Shown piece by piece: positions 50,776 through 64,000 of a stretch of 64,000 nt of DNA (position 1 is the first letter of the stretch; each line of letters starts with the position of its first letter). The notes beneath the pieces are model-generated. The model saw only the letters and a list, made by a program, of their open reading frames with translations. It had not been told where the DNA came from and searched no databases. The stretch is taken from contig OX597839.1 in the NCBI GenBank assembly GCA_951406725.2, positions 34,348,001 to 34,412,000 of the forward strand, in the 5' to 3' direction. The translations under genes and the position numbers were made by a program. This DNA is from Octopus vulgaris. Lineage: Eukaryota.

Positions 50776-51090
50776 ATATGTATTATAACATGAGTGCGTA
50801 CATATGGACCTATGTGTGCGTTATCAGTAGGTACTTGCTGTGTGTGTGTGTGTGTGTGAAATACGGAAGTATTGGATGATATATTTTTATAATTGCCATC
50901 CAATTTTATTGTTTATTCAACAAGATATTCTGGTTCAAGTACACTTCAGTTTTTATATTTTGCCTAAAAATGCAGGCTTTCTTCTTTCCATTGGAGTAGG
51001 TCGGGTGGGCTAAAAATGAGGTTCTTTTTTTTCTTTCTTGTTTTCTAGTACCCTCTGTTATTGAGAAGACAAATTGTATTATTCAACCCT

Positions 51091-51485
51091 AAGGTGGCGA
51101 GCTGGCAGAAACGTTAGCACCCCAGGCGAAATGCTTAGAGGTATTTTGTCTGCCGTTACGTTCTGACTTCAAATTCGCATCGAGGTCAACTTTGCCTTTC
51201 ATCCTTTCGGGGTCGATTAAATTAAGTACCAGTTACGCACTGGGGTCGATATAATAGACTTAATCCGTTTGTCTGTTGTCTGTCCTTGTTTGTCCCTTGT
51301 GGGTAGTAAAGAAATAGGTATTTCATCAGACTTTATGTTCTGAGTTCAAATTCTGCCAAGGTTGACTTTGCCTTTCATCCTTTCGGGGTCTTGATAAATT
51401 AAGTACCAGTTGCATACTGGGGTCAATCTAATTGACTGGTCCCCTCCCCTAAAATTTCAGGCCTTGTGCCTAAAGTAGAAAAAAG
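51091..51485 (+). mobile_element. SINE family B dimer (one head, two bodies with different tails)
   Basis: AAGGTGGCGAGCTGGCAGAA head; body repeats after AAAGAAATAGGTATTTC at about 51320. Confidence 0.88.
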
Positions 51486-52112
51486 TATTATTCTACTCTA
51501 AGCTGTAGATGTTTGGTCCAGGTAAATTCTAATCAAGCAGATGTATCATCAAAGCCATTTCATCTGTGACCATCTAGCCTTTTTTTTTTTTGTGGGCTTT
51601 CAGCACAACATGAAGTTCATGTCCTTTATTGAAGCTAACAAAGTCTGAAACGAGAAAGATTTGGCTGCTGCTTCTAGCAGATCAAGTGACAACATTGATG
51701 GAAAGGGGTTCCTTTTTTGGTTCATACCAGTTGATGTAGTTTTGTTGTTTTACTTCAGTTAATTAGTATACAATTAATTAACAATGCTTTTTAATTGCAT
51801 CCTTGGAGTAGTGACAAGAGGAACACAGTGTCGAGCTCAATTGGAACTCAAGAATTGTTTACTCCTCACCTATTAGGTCTTAGCAGTTATCCATCTTTTA
51901 TCCATCTCTAACACACACACACACACACAATGTATTATTGTATCCTTACAGGAAGTGCGTAGGTCAAACACACCAGTCTCTGACCCATGCTTTGGTATTT
52001 ATTTCCGTTTTAAAGCTATGAGGTCCGTAGTCATGTCATACAGTATTGTTGCTGTAATTTTATAGGTGTGTGTGTAGCCTTGTGCTCCTCATGTGTGTGT
52101 GTGTGTGTGTGA

Positions 52113-52795
52113 TCTTTTATTCTTTTACATGTTTCAGCCTTGAGGTTGTGGCCATGCTGGAGCACTGCCAGTATATTCTTTTATTTGTTTCGGTCATTTG
52201 ACTACTGCCATGCTGGAGCACCGCCTTTAGTCGAACAAATTGACCCCAGGACTTATTCTTTTGTAAGCTTAGTGCTTGTTCTATCGATCTCTTTTTGCCA
52301 AACCCCTAAGTTACGGGGACATAAACTCACCAACATTGGCTGTCAAGCGATAGTGGGAGGACAAACACTGTCACACAAACATATATATATACACGCTAAG
52401 TTACGGGGATGTAAACACACCAACATTGGTTGTCAAGCAATGTGGGTGGGGGGCAACAACAGACACACAAATACATATATACATACATATATATATATAT
52501 GTACAACAGGCTTCTTTCAATTTCCATCTACTAAATCCACTCACAAGGCTTTGGTCAGCCTGAGGCTAAAGTAGAAGACACTTGCCCAAGGTGCCACACA
52601 GTGGGACTAAACCCATATATATATGTACGACGAGCTTTCTCACAATTTCTGTCTGCTAAATTCACTTGCAAGGTTTTGGGTCAGCATGAGTCTATAGTAG
52701 AAGACTCTTACCCCAAAGCACGCCATCCAGTGGGACTGAACCCATAACCATGTTGACAGCAAGCAAGCTTCTTTACCCCAACAGCCACATCTGCA
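52113..52795 (-). mobile_element. Nested or duplicated SINE family A copies
   Basis: Tail, middle and head motifs each appear twice. Confidence 0.8.
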
Positions 52796-52831
52796 GAATA
52801 TCTATACACTTTCACAAACATTTGTGATAGT

Positions 52832-53230
52832 GCGTGCAGGAGTGGCTGTGTGGTAAGTAACTTGTTTACCAACCACATGGTTCCGGGTTCAGTCCCACTG
52901 CGTGGCATCTTGGGCAAGTGTCTTCTGCTATAGCCCCAGGCCGACCAATGGCCTTGTGAGTGGATTTAGTAGACGGAAACTGAAAGAAGCCTGTCGTATA
53001 TATGTGTATATATATGCATGTGTGTGTTTGTGTGTCTGTGTTTGTCCCCCTAGCATTGTTTGACAACGGATGCTGGTGTGTTTATGTCCCCGTCACTTAG
53101 CGGTTCGGCAAAAAGAGACCGATAGAATAAGTACTGAGCTTACAAAGAATAAGTCCCGGGATCGAGTTGCTCGATTAAAGGCGGTGCTCCAGCATGGCCA
53201 CAGTCAAATGACTGAAACAAGTAAAAGAGA
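52832..53230 (+). mobile_element. SINE family A, full length
   Basis: Complete head, body and tail. Confidence 0.93.
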
Positions 53231-53869
53231 AATTTGTGAGTGTATATGCTCTTAATTTGACCAGCAGCCAATTTTTTGGTAATGTTCACTCAACCGGATA
53301 CTGTAAAGAAATATTGCCCAGTATCATTAATATTTCAAGATATATGTTAACTAATTTTTCTGTGAAATAATTGATGTGCGATAAACTGGTTAAATGATGA
53401 GCTGTGCAGACTCCTGAGAGTTTGGCTTTGTATTGTTAAGCACCATTCTTATGTCCTTTTGTTCTTTTACCAATTTCGATCATTGGACTGCGGCAATGCA
53501 GTCGGTCATATGCAACACAGTACGTGTCCAGTGTCTGGGACTATTTCATTGATCGCTCTCAAATTGTTAAGTTTACTGGACATTAAGGAACACAATGCAT
53601 ACACACACACACACACATGCATACGTAAGGTGTTTGATTGCTCAAATCATTTTAACGTCAGATGAATGTCTTGCAGTGTTTGTTAGGGTCTTCATATTGT
53701 CTGAGTTCAAATCCTGAGCTCAACTTTGGCTTTCATCTTTCCAGAGTTGATAAACTAATCTCCCAGTCAAGTACTGAGTCAATTCTTCTCTTGCTTTCTC
53801 TCTCTTCTCATTCACACTACACACACACAGAATCAGTTAATCTCCCAACTGCTTATACTTTTCTACTCT

Positions 53870-54079
53870 AGGCACAAGGACCTGAAATTTTCAGGGAGGT
53901 GGGGGGGGGTCAGTCGATTAGATCGACTCCAGTATGCAACTGGTGCTTAATTTATCGACCCCGAAAGGATGAAAGGCAAAGTCAACCTTGACGGAATTTG
54001 AACTCAGAACATAAAGACAGACGAAATACCACTAAGCATTTCACCCAGCGTGTTAATATTTCTGCCAGCTCGCCACCTT
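53870..54079 (-). mobile_element. SINE family B subfamily
   Basis: Reverse complement of the 17284-17482 type. Confidence 0.88.
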
Positions 54080-54199
54080 GGTTATTGCCAATCAAATGAA
54101 TGCTAACTGATTTTCCAAGTGTGGATGAAATAGACAAGGGATGAGCTAAGAGCACTATTGGCTGACAAACAACAACAACAAGGATAATATATTATCTTG

Positions 54200-54438
54200 T
54201 ATTCCGTGCAGGTGGCACGTAAAATGCACCAATCCGACCGTGGCCGTTGCCAGCCTCGCCTGGCACGTAAAAAGCGCCCACTACACTCACAGAGTGGTTG
54301 GCATTAGGAAGGGCATCCAGCTGTAGAAACACTGCCAGATCAGACTGGAGCCTGGTGCAGCCTTCTGGCTTCCCAGATCCCCGGTCGAACCGTCCAACCC
54401 ATGCTAGCATGGAGAACGGACGTTAAACGATGATGATG
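54200..54438 (+). mobile_element. SINE-like family C
   Basis: GGTGGCACGTAAAA repeats, GGAAGGGCATCCAGCTGTAG, tail GGACGTTAAACGATGATGATG. Confidence 0.88.
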
Positions 54439-54792
54439 TATATTGTCTTCGATTTCTACTTGAAACCTCAGTCTTCAAACTCTTTTTCATCAGTGCTCCA
54501 TCCTTTCTATGTTCTGGCCTGTGTAAGCGTTTTTGACATACAATTTCTTTTAACCTTTAGCACACGGAAGGCGAAGCATGTCGCCATATGAATTCTCTCC
54601 CCTCTCAATGTGACACAGTGTGCCTGCAGATACAGGGGAAAAAAAATAAGGCTGACACGATTCGCTACATAAGCATAAGTACCTTATTTTACCATTCCCC
54701 TTCTGCTAGTTGAAGATGAACCTGTGTACTGGAGGTTTGGGCCAGATTTGAGAGCTGGCAATAGATTGCTTCTAACCCTCAAAGCTTTAGAG

Positions 54793-54924
54793 CAGGTATG
54801 GGCAACCTTTCTTTAGAAGCTAGCTGCATGAGACATGGCGTTATCAGGTGGGCTGCACTTTTAAAAACATTCGAGGTAAATTTTCTTTAGGCATATCATT
54901 TAGAATGTCCCAGTGCCCATCACT
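54793..54924. mobile_element. hAT/Charlie-like MITE
   Basis: CAGGTATGGGCAACC start; interior similar to 8591-8737. Confidence 0.55.
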
Positions 54925-55045
54925 TTGGTTTGACCCTATAACATTCAGATTTAGATACAGTAACCCCTCACCATATCATGGTTCACCTATTGCAGTTTAT
55001 TATTTAAGCTTATGTCAATTCCTCTGTTTTGCATTTATAATAAAA

Positions 55046-55440
55046 CTAGCAGTATCGCCCGGCGTTGCTCGGGTTTGTTTCGACCCTTTAGAATTGGAAT
55101 TTTTGAAAAGTAAAAATTTTGCATTATGTAGCTTGTTATTCTCTTTAAGCGAACATTTTTCTGGTTGAAATGCACCGAAAAATGGCGACACAGCAGTCAA
55201 AAAATCGTAAAAATAGGGATTTTCATAGAAAAAAAATCACCTTTTTGATGTAAATAATTTTTGGTGTTAACATGGTCCTATTTGAATTTTTTCTTCTGCA
55301 GAAGGAAGAGCAAGCCTTCTTCTATCATACTCTCAATTTTGGTCAACCTGTGCCGCAGGGTCTCGGAGGAGATAGTGTTAGTTGCAAGGCTACCAAACCT
55401 GCCACACACAGACAATTTCAGCTTTATCTATATAGAGAGA
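55046..55440 (-). mobile_element. Non-autonomous Helitron family H2
   Basis: A|CTAGCAGTATCGCCCGGCGTTGCTCGGGTTTG identical to the H1 3' end; unrelated interior; other end TATAGAGAGA|T. Confidence 0.88.
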
Positions 55441-55889
55441 TAAATATTTACAAATTATAAAAATGATTTTAAAAAATATACAATACAGTATTGTTTCTAC
55501 TTTGTGGATTTTCACCTATCGCAGAGGGTTTTGGAATGTAACACCTGTAATAGTCGAGGGATTACTGTACTTACCTTCAGTTTTTAAAAGTTCTAAGGTC
55601 TCCCACTTCTTCAGTCTTCAGTTCTCCTGGTTTCACCTTTCTTCTTAATGAATTTCTTGGATTGACAAATCCTAAGACCTCCAGCTTTTGTTATTTCAAA
55701 CTACGACATCCCTTGTTCATAGTAAAAGCTGACCATGCAGTTGAAACATTAGACTTCTTCACACTGCAACACAGGAAGCTCCATTTCAGCAAAGTGGTTT
55801 GGAGAAGGCAATGAGAGACCACCAGACACTTTCGTAGTGTTCTCCTATCTACTTACAAGTATTTGTTAACCTGACTCTACAATACACAT

Positions 55890-56433
55890 TTAACTCTTTA
55901 GCATTTAATCCGGTCAGATACGGACCAAATATTTTCCTGTTTTTATGCTGAAACTGACTGGATCCAACTTCTCACACCAATCTTACAATGTCGTTCTAAA
56001 AGGATCATCATCATCATCATCATCATCATCGTTTAACGTCCGTTTTCCATGCTAGCACGGGTTGGATGGTTCGACCGGGGTCTGGGAAGCCAGGGGCTGC
56101 ACCAGGCTCCTGTCTGATCTGGCAGTGTTTCTACAGCTGGATGCCCTTCCTAACGCCAACCACTACGCGAGTGTAGTGGGTGCTTTTTACGTGTCACCGG
56201 CACAGGTGCCAGGGGAGGCTGGCATCGGCCACGATCAGTTGGTGCTTTTAACATGCCACCGGCACGGAAGCCAGTCAAGGCGGCGCTGGCATCGGCCACG
56301 TTCGGATGGTGCTTTTTATGTGCCACCGGCACAGAAGCCAGTCGAGGCGACAAGATAATGCAGGATTAATTCTGAACAATGTGAATGAATAAGATATATA
56401 TTTCATAAAGAAACCTGAATTCTATAGGATTGA
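55890..56433. mobile_element. Old TTAA-type MITE interrupted by a family C element (56004-56350, minus)
   Basis: TTAACTCTTTAGCATT left end and AATTCTATAGGATTGA decayed right end. Confidence 0.55.
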
Positions 56434-56649
56434 ACCAAAATGATGTGCACTTTGAACTTGTTTACCATACAGCCATGCTGTATTCATTTTAGACCTGACA
56501 ACCTGAATTCTGAGCCACTATAAATCCAGCTACCCTGATATCTCAGGGGTGGCATATCCAATAACTTTTCTGTACAGCTTCGTCACTTATCAATGTACAC
56601 ACACTCACATGCATGCACGCTCATGCATATATATACACATATACATATG

Positions 56650-56975
56650 CCCCGACTGGCCTCCGTGCCGGTGGCACGTAAAGCACCATCTGATTGTGGC
56701 CGTTGCCAGCCACGTCTGGCCCCTGTGCTGGTGGCACGTAAAAAGCACCATCCGGTCGTGGCCGTTTGCCAGCCTCGTCTGGCACCTGTGCAGGTGGCCC
56801 GTAAAAAGCACCCACTACACTCACGGAGTGGTTGGCGTTAGGGAGGGCATCCAGTTGTAGAAACATTGCCAGATCAGACTGGGCCTGATGCAGCTTTCTG
56901 GCTTCCTAGACCTGAGTTGAACCGTCCAACCCATGCTAGCATGGAGAACGGACGTTAAATGATGATGATAATGAT
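56650..56975 (+). mobile_element. SINE-like family C with three diverged ~60-bp internal units
   Basis: GGTGGCACGTAAA..GCACCATC units, (GAT)n tail. Confidence 0.85.
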
Positions 56976-57634
56976 ACATGCATTCACACATGTATAAATC
57001 ATCATCGTTTAACATTGGTTTGTCATATTGGATCCAGCAAGCCCCAGGGGTGTGTTGGGCCCCATCTATAGCTGGATACCCTTCCTAATACTTACCACTT
57101 TACAGAGAGTACTGGGTGCTCTTTCAATGCAACCAGCACTTGCACACACACACGCTACCATGTGCTGATTGAGTGAGACACTGATAATCCAAAACGTTAC
57201 TGCTATGACCATTTTCTTTGGGGGGGGGGTGCAAACTTCTAGAAAGAGTGCAATATCTTTTTTTCTTTTCTTTTTCTCCTTTATAAAGACAATAGGATGT
57301 GATTTGAAGAATATTTAGCTGCTATGTCTAAACAGTTCTGTTACCACACAGAGGATCCTGGTTGACTTGATATAAAATAGTTTGTATACACTCATACAAT
57401 ATCCTCACCATCACCATCATCATCATCATCATCCTCATCTTGTATAGAAATGATGGAATCAAAAATAACTATTTCAAGCTAGTATTTTCGTATGTGTTTT
57501 TATTTAGCCCTAGGTCAAGCCTAATCGAGAAGGCTTTTGGGTTGGTCGCAGTCGTTTGTCACCAACATCCGTCATTTGTGTACGTGTAAGCAGGAGACGA
57601 CGATGTTTAAGGAATCATTCCGTTTTGTTTTCTG

Positions 57635-57677
<43 letters not shown>

Positions 57678-57795
57678 CGGTTAAGATAGGACTCGGGATT
57701 TAGCAGCTATTTCTAACGGATCGAACGACTGTGAAGCCGTCTCCCTCCAATGCGGTTTCGCGCCCATGTGATGTGAAACTTTTTTTTTCTTTTAG

Positions 57796-57829
57796 ATGAT
57801 ATTAAGCCAACACTTCATAATTTTTAATG
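57796..57829 (+). CDS. Candidate 34-nt exon (only open frame MILSQHFIIFN; could be UTR)
   Basis: Long poly-T acceptor TTTTTTTTCTTTTAG| and consensus donor ATG|GTAAGT. Confidence 0.4.
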
Positions 57830-58714
57830 GTAAGTTTGTCTCTCAAGACCTATCTAAACTATTTTCTCCCTGAAACATACCACGTGTGTGTGTGTATGTG
57901 TACGATTATGAGGACTCGTGGGACACGTGTTCCCAGTGTGTGTGTGTGTGTGTTATACCACCGTAGGTTTGCCAGAGTCGTATATATACCCGAGACAGGA
58001 TGCTGGTGTCTTTATCTATTTATTTATATATTTATTTCAGGTTCTTCTTTTATTTTATCTATGACGTGTTCGAAGCCGTTGCATGAGAGGGACCCGCTTT
58101 TTACTGACAGCTGTTTATATTACACAGGCGCACATACACACACACACACACACACACGTGCTCACACTCACACACATACATTTTACCTCCTTCACACACA
58201 CACACACACATACATTTGCCTCCTTCACACACACACACACATGTGCTCACACTCACACATACATTGCCTCTTTAAACACACGCACACACGTTCTCACATA
58301 CGCATACACTCTATCACATACTATATCCTGCCATATACAAAGATATCCTCTAATGCGCGCACACACACACACACATACGAATGCACACACTTTCTTACTC
58401 ACACACATTTTCTCTCTCTCCTCTCTCTCTCTCTCTATCCCTCTCTCTTTCATGCACCGCGCCCTTTGTCCAACGTCCGGCTCTTTAAACAGGCAACAAT
58501 GGGCAATTTCGGGCCAACAACGATGTCACAGAAGAGACGACGACGACAAAGCTTTTCACGTGTTTAAGAGGACAATGTTCACTTTTAGTCAACATCACAA
58601 TCACAATCATCGCACAGATGAACGACAAATGGTGACAAACACACCAGGAGGGGGCGACGTTTACGTGGTCGTCCTACTTGCTAGTAATAGCAGCCAAATC
58701 TCCCTCGAAACTCT

Positions 58715-59455
58715 TATGTTTCGGTCATTAGACCGCGGTCATGCTGGGGCACCGCCTTGATGAAGTTTTAGTCGAATGAATCGACCACAGTACTTTTTTT
58801 TAAGCCTGGTATTTCTATCAATCTCTGTTGCCGATCCGCCAGATTACGGGGACGTAAACACGCCAACACCGGTTATCAAACTATGGTAGGAGACAAACAC
58901 AGGCATAGACACCCACGTGCATGCACACACACATACACACATATATACACACACACATATATACACACACACACACGACGGGCTTCTTTCGGTTTCCATC
59001 TACCAAATTTACCTAAGGATTTGGTCGACCCGTGGCTATAGTAGAAGAAGACACTTACACAAGGTACCACGCGGTGGGGACTGAACCCGGAAGTGGTTTG
59101 GAAGGAAACTTACCACACAGCCACGTTTGTCTTCCCCCCCCTTAAAAAAAGGACACAGCGGAGTTTTAGAATAGCTGCCCCCGCCCTCGAACTCCCATAC
59201 CTCAGGGAACAAATCTATGTGTATATGCATATTCTCTTTTTCTCTCTTTTACTTGTTTCAGTCATTTGACTGCGGCCATGCTGGAGCACCGCCTTTTATC
59301 GAGCAACTCAACCCCGGGACTTATTCTTTTGTAAGCCCAGTACTTATTCTATCGGTCCCTTTTTGCCGAACCGTTAAGTAACGGGGACATAAACACACCA
59401 GCATCGGTTGTCAAGCAATGTTAAGGGGACAAACACAGACACACAAACACACACA

Positions 59456-59503
<48 letters not shown>

Positions 59504-59675
59504 CATATATACGACGAGCTTCTTTCAGTTTCCGTCTACCAAATCCACTCACAAGGCTTTGGTCAGTCTGAGGCTATAGTAGAAGACACTTGCCCAAGGT
59601 GCCACGCAGTGGGATTGAACCTAGAACTATGTGGTTGGTAAACAAGCTACTTACCACGCAACCACTCCTGTGCCT
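58715..59675 (-). mobile_element. Two SINE family A copies (older about 58715-59125; young full-length about 59233-59675)
   Basis: Reverse complement of family A. Confidence 0.9.
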
Positions 59676-59711
59676 ATATGTGTATAGCTCGTGAGCTGAA
59701 ACTAGATAAAG

Positions 59712-59761
<50 letters not shown>

Positions 59762-60590
59762 ATGATATTTACCACGTGAACCATGATGACAAAATATGAG
59801 AAAGATATGGTATATAATATTTTTTTTTGTGCAGGGTTTCCTTGAGACACGTAATTTATTTTAAGGGTTAGGCAAGGGTAAAAAAGGCTGAGAAAAACTG
59901 CATTAGGTAGTTTAGTTAACAGAACAGACAGTATCATATATCTTTGCTGCGGAAACCTGAAAGTTACCCATGAGCAGAACTTGGTGGGTAGAATAACCTG
60001 CATGCAGTTGACTGAGAATCTAGTGAATAGGAGAAGGCCACTAGTGAACTGTCTGGTGGTGGTTTCTCATAGCTTTGTTACCAACAAAACACTTGTCAAT
60101 TGACTGGTTCTCTGCTACTTAACAGCAATCAACTCCACTCTCTGGGAATAAATAGCTTTTCATATTAGGTGCAGCAAACAGCTGTATAGTTAAGAAGCAT
60201 CTTTCCCAACCACGTGATCTTGGGTTCAGTCCCACAGTGTGACACCTTGGGCAAGTGTCTTCTGTTACAGCCCCGGGCCGACCAAACTCTTGTGAGTGAA
60301 TATGGTAGACAGAAACTGAAAGAAACTCGTTGTATCTGTTATTTTTTGGGCCATGTAACAACACACGTGTTGTTCTCAGGGTTAAACTGCTCCTTCATCC
60401 TTTTCCTCTTCTCTGGACTTCTTCCTTTTTTTCAATGAAGAGCTGCTCTTGAAATGCCATTTCCACTCCTATTGTTTTCCATCTAAAACTTTCATTGAGT
60501 GTCAATCTATTATATTCACTGTGGACATCTAATTGACTTTTGCTAGGGTTTTTTTTCTTGGTTTTTTTTTGTTCTTGGATTTGCCTATGC

Positions 60591-60679
60591 ATCTCTCTCT
60601 CTCCCTCTCCCTCTCTCTCTCCCTCTCTCTCTCCCTCTCTCTCTCCCTCTCTCTCTCCCTCTCTCTCTCTCCCTCCCTC

Positions 60680-60715
<36 letters not shown>
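60591..60715. repeat. (CT)/(CTCC) polypyrimidine tract
   Basis: Directly visible. Confidence 0.95.
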
Positions 60716-60730
60716 GATTGTGTATGTGTG

Positions 60731-60950
60731 TGTGCAAGAGAAGAAACTGCACTGGTACGACCATGTAATGTGTATGAGTGAGGACAATTGCATCAAGAGG
60801 TGCTGATCCCTAATTGTGGAGGGAACATATGGAAGGGGTTGACCCAGGAAGACATGGGACGAAGTGGTGAGAAAGGATCTGCAAACGTTGGGACTCACAA
60901 AGGGGATGACTGGAGATTGAGACTCCTGGTGGTTTGCTGGGTTTGAAAAG
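60731..60950 (+). pseudogene. Decayed RTE-type LINE ORF2 C-terminus
   Basis: VQEKKLHWYDHVMCM..GRG*PRKTWDEVVRKDL..GD*DSW matches the RRLRWxGH..GRPRKTW..DR..W pattern, with TGA stops at expected Arg (CGA) positions. Confidence 0.85.
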
Positions 60951-61230
60951 ACGTCAATTTTCTCTTGGTTGTGTCATTCTTTTTTCACCGTGGCCTTACA
61001 CAAAATCATCTTTCTATCATTATGGGTGCCTTATGAGCGACCTTTTCTGGGCTCTTGGATACTATTTGACATACTGCATGAGAACCAACTGTTGTCTGTG
61101 AACCTTGTGACAGGTGTGTGTGTGTGTGTGTGTGTACCCTTGTTGAGATATCGTGATGATTGTAAATGAGCATGACCATCATAACAAGTGAGGTAGATTG
61201 TTTGCAATCTTCTGTGAAAAATGTAACTAT

Positions 61231-61606
61231 AGGCGCAGGGGTGGTGTGTGGTAATTAGCTTGCTTACCAACCACATGGTTCTGGGTTCAGTCCCACTCTA
61301 TGGTATCTTGCGCAAGTGTCTTTTACTATAGCCATGGGCCAACCAAAGCCTTGTGAGTGGATTTGATAGACGAAAACTGAAAGAAGCCCGTTATATATAT
61401 GTATATATATGTGTCTGTTTGTGCCCCCAACATCGCTTGACAACCGATGCTGGTGTGTTTACGTCTTCTTAACTTAGCAGCTCAGCAAAAGAGACCGATA
61501 GAATAAGTGCTAGGCTTGCAAAGAATAAATCCTGGGGTCGATTTGTTTGACTAAAGGTGGTGCTCCAGCATGGCCACAGTCAAATGACTGAAACCAGTAA
61601 AAGAGT
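61231..61606 (+). mobile_element. SINE family A, full length
   Basis: Complete head, body and tail. Confidence 0.92.
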
Positions 61607-62144
61607 ATGGGGGAAATATTTACTTTGATTGGAGACAGGTGAGGGTTGGTGGCAGGAAAGGCATCCATCCATACACCCACCTCAACAAATTCCATCTGAC
61701 CCAGGCAAGCATGGGAAAGGGGTGTTAGAAGACGATGGTGAATAATTAGTGATGGTGATTGTATTATGATAGATGTGTTAATTAGAACTATGGTTTGATG
61801 TCAGTGAGATGATAACTAGTGAGTTTAAGTGTTTTGGGCTTGGAACTAGCTGGAGTTCACTTAATTAATATTGCTACACAATTAATTAATTTGAATTATC
61901 GAAAATAATTTCTTTCTTCTCATTCATTAATTGATAAAATGTCAGGTTCTTGGTTGATCTTTATTGTTAGATAATTTTAATGAATAAATTAAAAAGAAAT
62001 TTAATCACAAATCAATCTATTTAACATATCCAAGTCAGGTTTTATAACAGATTTTGTTTTTCAAATGAGACAGTTTTTGTCCATAAATGATATTCAGTTC
62101 TAATGAAACAAATGTTGATGCGTCTGAAACTCTTCTGTGAGTAA

Positions 62145-62862
62145 GGCATGGCTGTGTGGTTAAGAAGCTTGCTTTGCAACCATGTGGTTTCAGGTTCAAT
62201 CCTACTGCATGTTGCCTTCAGTAAAAGTCTTCTACTATAGCCCTGGGCTGATCAATTCTTTGTGACTGATTTGGTTGATGGAAACTGAATGACAGAAGTC
62301 TGGTGCAGGCTTCTGTCTGGTTGGCTCCTGTCAAACCATTCCACCCATGCCAGCATGGAAGGCGGATATTAAATGATGATGACAACAAAACTGTGTGAAA
62401 GCCCATCATATGAGCTTCCACTGACACATACATGTATATGTGCTGGTGCTACATAAAAAGCACCCAGTACACTCTGTAAAGTGGTTGGCATTAGGAAGGA
62501 CATCCAGCCCATAAAAGCCATACAGGAAACAGACAAATGGGGCCTGATATAGCTCCCCAGTTTGCCAGCTCCTGTCAAACTGGCCAACCGATGCCAGCAT
62601 GGCAAACAGATGTTAAATGAAGATGATGATGATAATGTATTTGTGTGCCTGTGTTTCTCTCCTTCTCTACTACCTGGCAACCAGTGTTGGTTTGTTTACA
62701 TCCCTGCAAGTTAGCAGTTCAGCAAAACAGACCAACAGGATAAGTACTTGACTTTAAAAAAGAATTTTTTTTAAAGTACTAGAATCGATTTGTTTGAGTA
62801 AAACCCTCCAAGGCGGTGGCCCATCATGGCCACAGTCCAGTGACTGAAACAAGTAAAAGATA
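62145..62862 (+). mobile_element. Old family A SINE with two family C tails nested inside
   Basis: Family A head at 62145, (GAT)n tails at about 62375 and 62620, family A tail at about 62810-62862. Confidence 0.7.
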
Positions 62863-63094
62863 TAATAAAGACTCTGATGAAGCTGTGCTCCGCCTATTGA
62901 CAGAGATACCAATGATGTGTACCATGAAGCTGTAATCTACGAGGTCAGAGACACAGGAAGATGGTACTTGCCCTTAAAGGCCATCAGCACTTCAAACTCT
63001 TCAACTATTGTTTTAAATCATTTGACATTCTGAAAATAGGTTCCATCTCAACCTCTTTGTTATGTCGATGGTATCAGGAATCTTTCCCTTCTAT

Positions 63095-63890
63095 CTTCTA
63101 CTTGTTTCAGTCATTTGGTTGCGGCCATGCTGGAGCACCACCTTGAAGGGTTTTAGAAGAATGAATCAACCCCAGTCCTTCGGGGTTTGTTTTTTTCCCC
63201 CTTTTTTTAAGCCTGGTACTTATTCTGTTGGTCTCTTTTTTTGAACCAAGTTACAAGGTTCTAAACAAACCAACATCGGTTGTCGATCAGTGGTGGGGGA
63301 CAAACACAGGCAGGTTAACCTGGTACAGCAGAGGGGGGGGGGATCATTAAAAAATAAACATCAAAACCAGTTGAAACATTGTTTCCTCTGAGAGGATGCA
63401 TTTAATATTGGTTTCAAAATTTAGCACAAGGCCAGCAATTTCAGGGGTGAGGGAACATTGATTACATTGACCCCCAGGGCTTGACTGGCACTTACCTTAT
63501 CAATGCTGAAAGAATGAAAGGCAAAATCAACCTCAGCAGGATTTGAACTCAAAATGTAAAGATGGACAAAATGCCACGAAGCATTTTACCCCGTGTGCTA
63601 ATAATTCTGCCAACTCACCATTCTACAAGGATACATTTATGGTTAATTTCTTATTTAGTTTTGTCTTCTTAGTCTTGCAAGCTGCATAGCAACCTCACTG
63701 GTGCTGGTGCCATGAAAAAAAAAAAAGCACCCAATACATGCTATAAAGTAGTTTGCATTAGGAAGGGCCTCTAACCATAGAAACCATACCAAAGCAGGCA
63801 CTGTAGCACGATACAGCCCTTGGGTCCTTTGCATCCTGTCAAACTGTCTAACCCATGCCAGCATGGAACATGGAAGTTAAATGAAATGAT
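63095..63890. mobile_element. Decayed SINEs: A (minus, about 63095-63310), B (minus, about 63405-63625), C (plus, about 63670-63890)
   Basis: Diagnostic motifs of each family. Confidence 0.7.
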
Positions 63891-64000
63891 GCAAGACTGA
63901 ATTTTGTAGGGGAAATGCATGAAAGATGAAATCAAGCAGCTCCAGATTTGAACCCAGATCTATGAGGAAATAAATGAAAGGCAATGCAGAATGTAGATTT

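Overview
AT-rich animal genomic DNA with no prokaryotic features. The repeat families look like those of an octopus (coleoid cephalopod); this is from recall, not a search. Most of the window is interspersed repeats and microsatellites: at least four SINE-like families, non-autonomous Helitrons (A|TC...hairpin-CTAG|T), hAT-, pogo/Tc1- and TTAA-type MITEs, two RTE-clade LINE 3' fragments and Penelope-like fragments, often nested. An ~8-kb array of a 27-bp unit with higher-order structure occupies 26.4-34.4 kb. Nearly all ORFs in the supplied track are repeat artefacts. A few short unique + strand segments look like real exons (best: 43278-43472, 13966-14094, 19407-19534, 57796-57829), suggesting the 5' part of a large gene that I cannot name. 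The most notable signal is a type I hammerhead ribozyme with a complete catalytic core at 25394-25468 (- strand), plus three further minimal hammerhead-like motifs in unrelated short repeats, one family of which appears to carry a tRNA-like head. Boundaries of old repeats are approximate.
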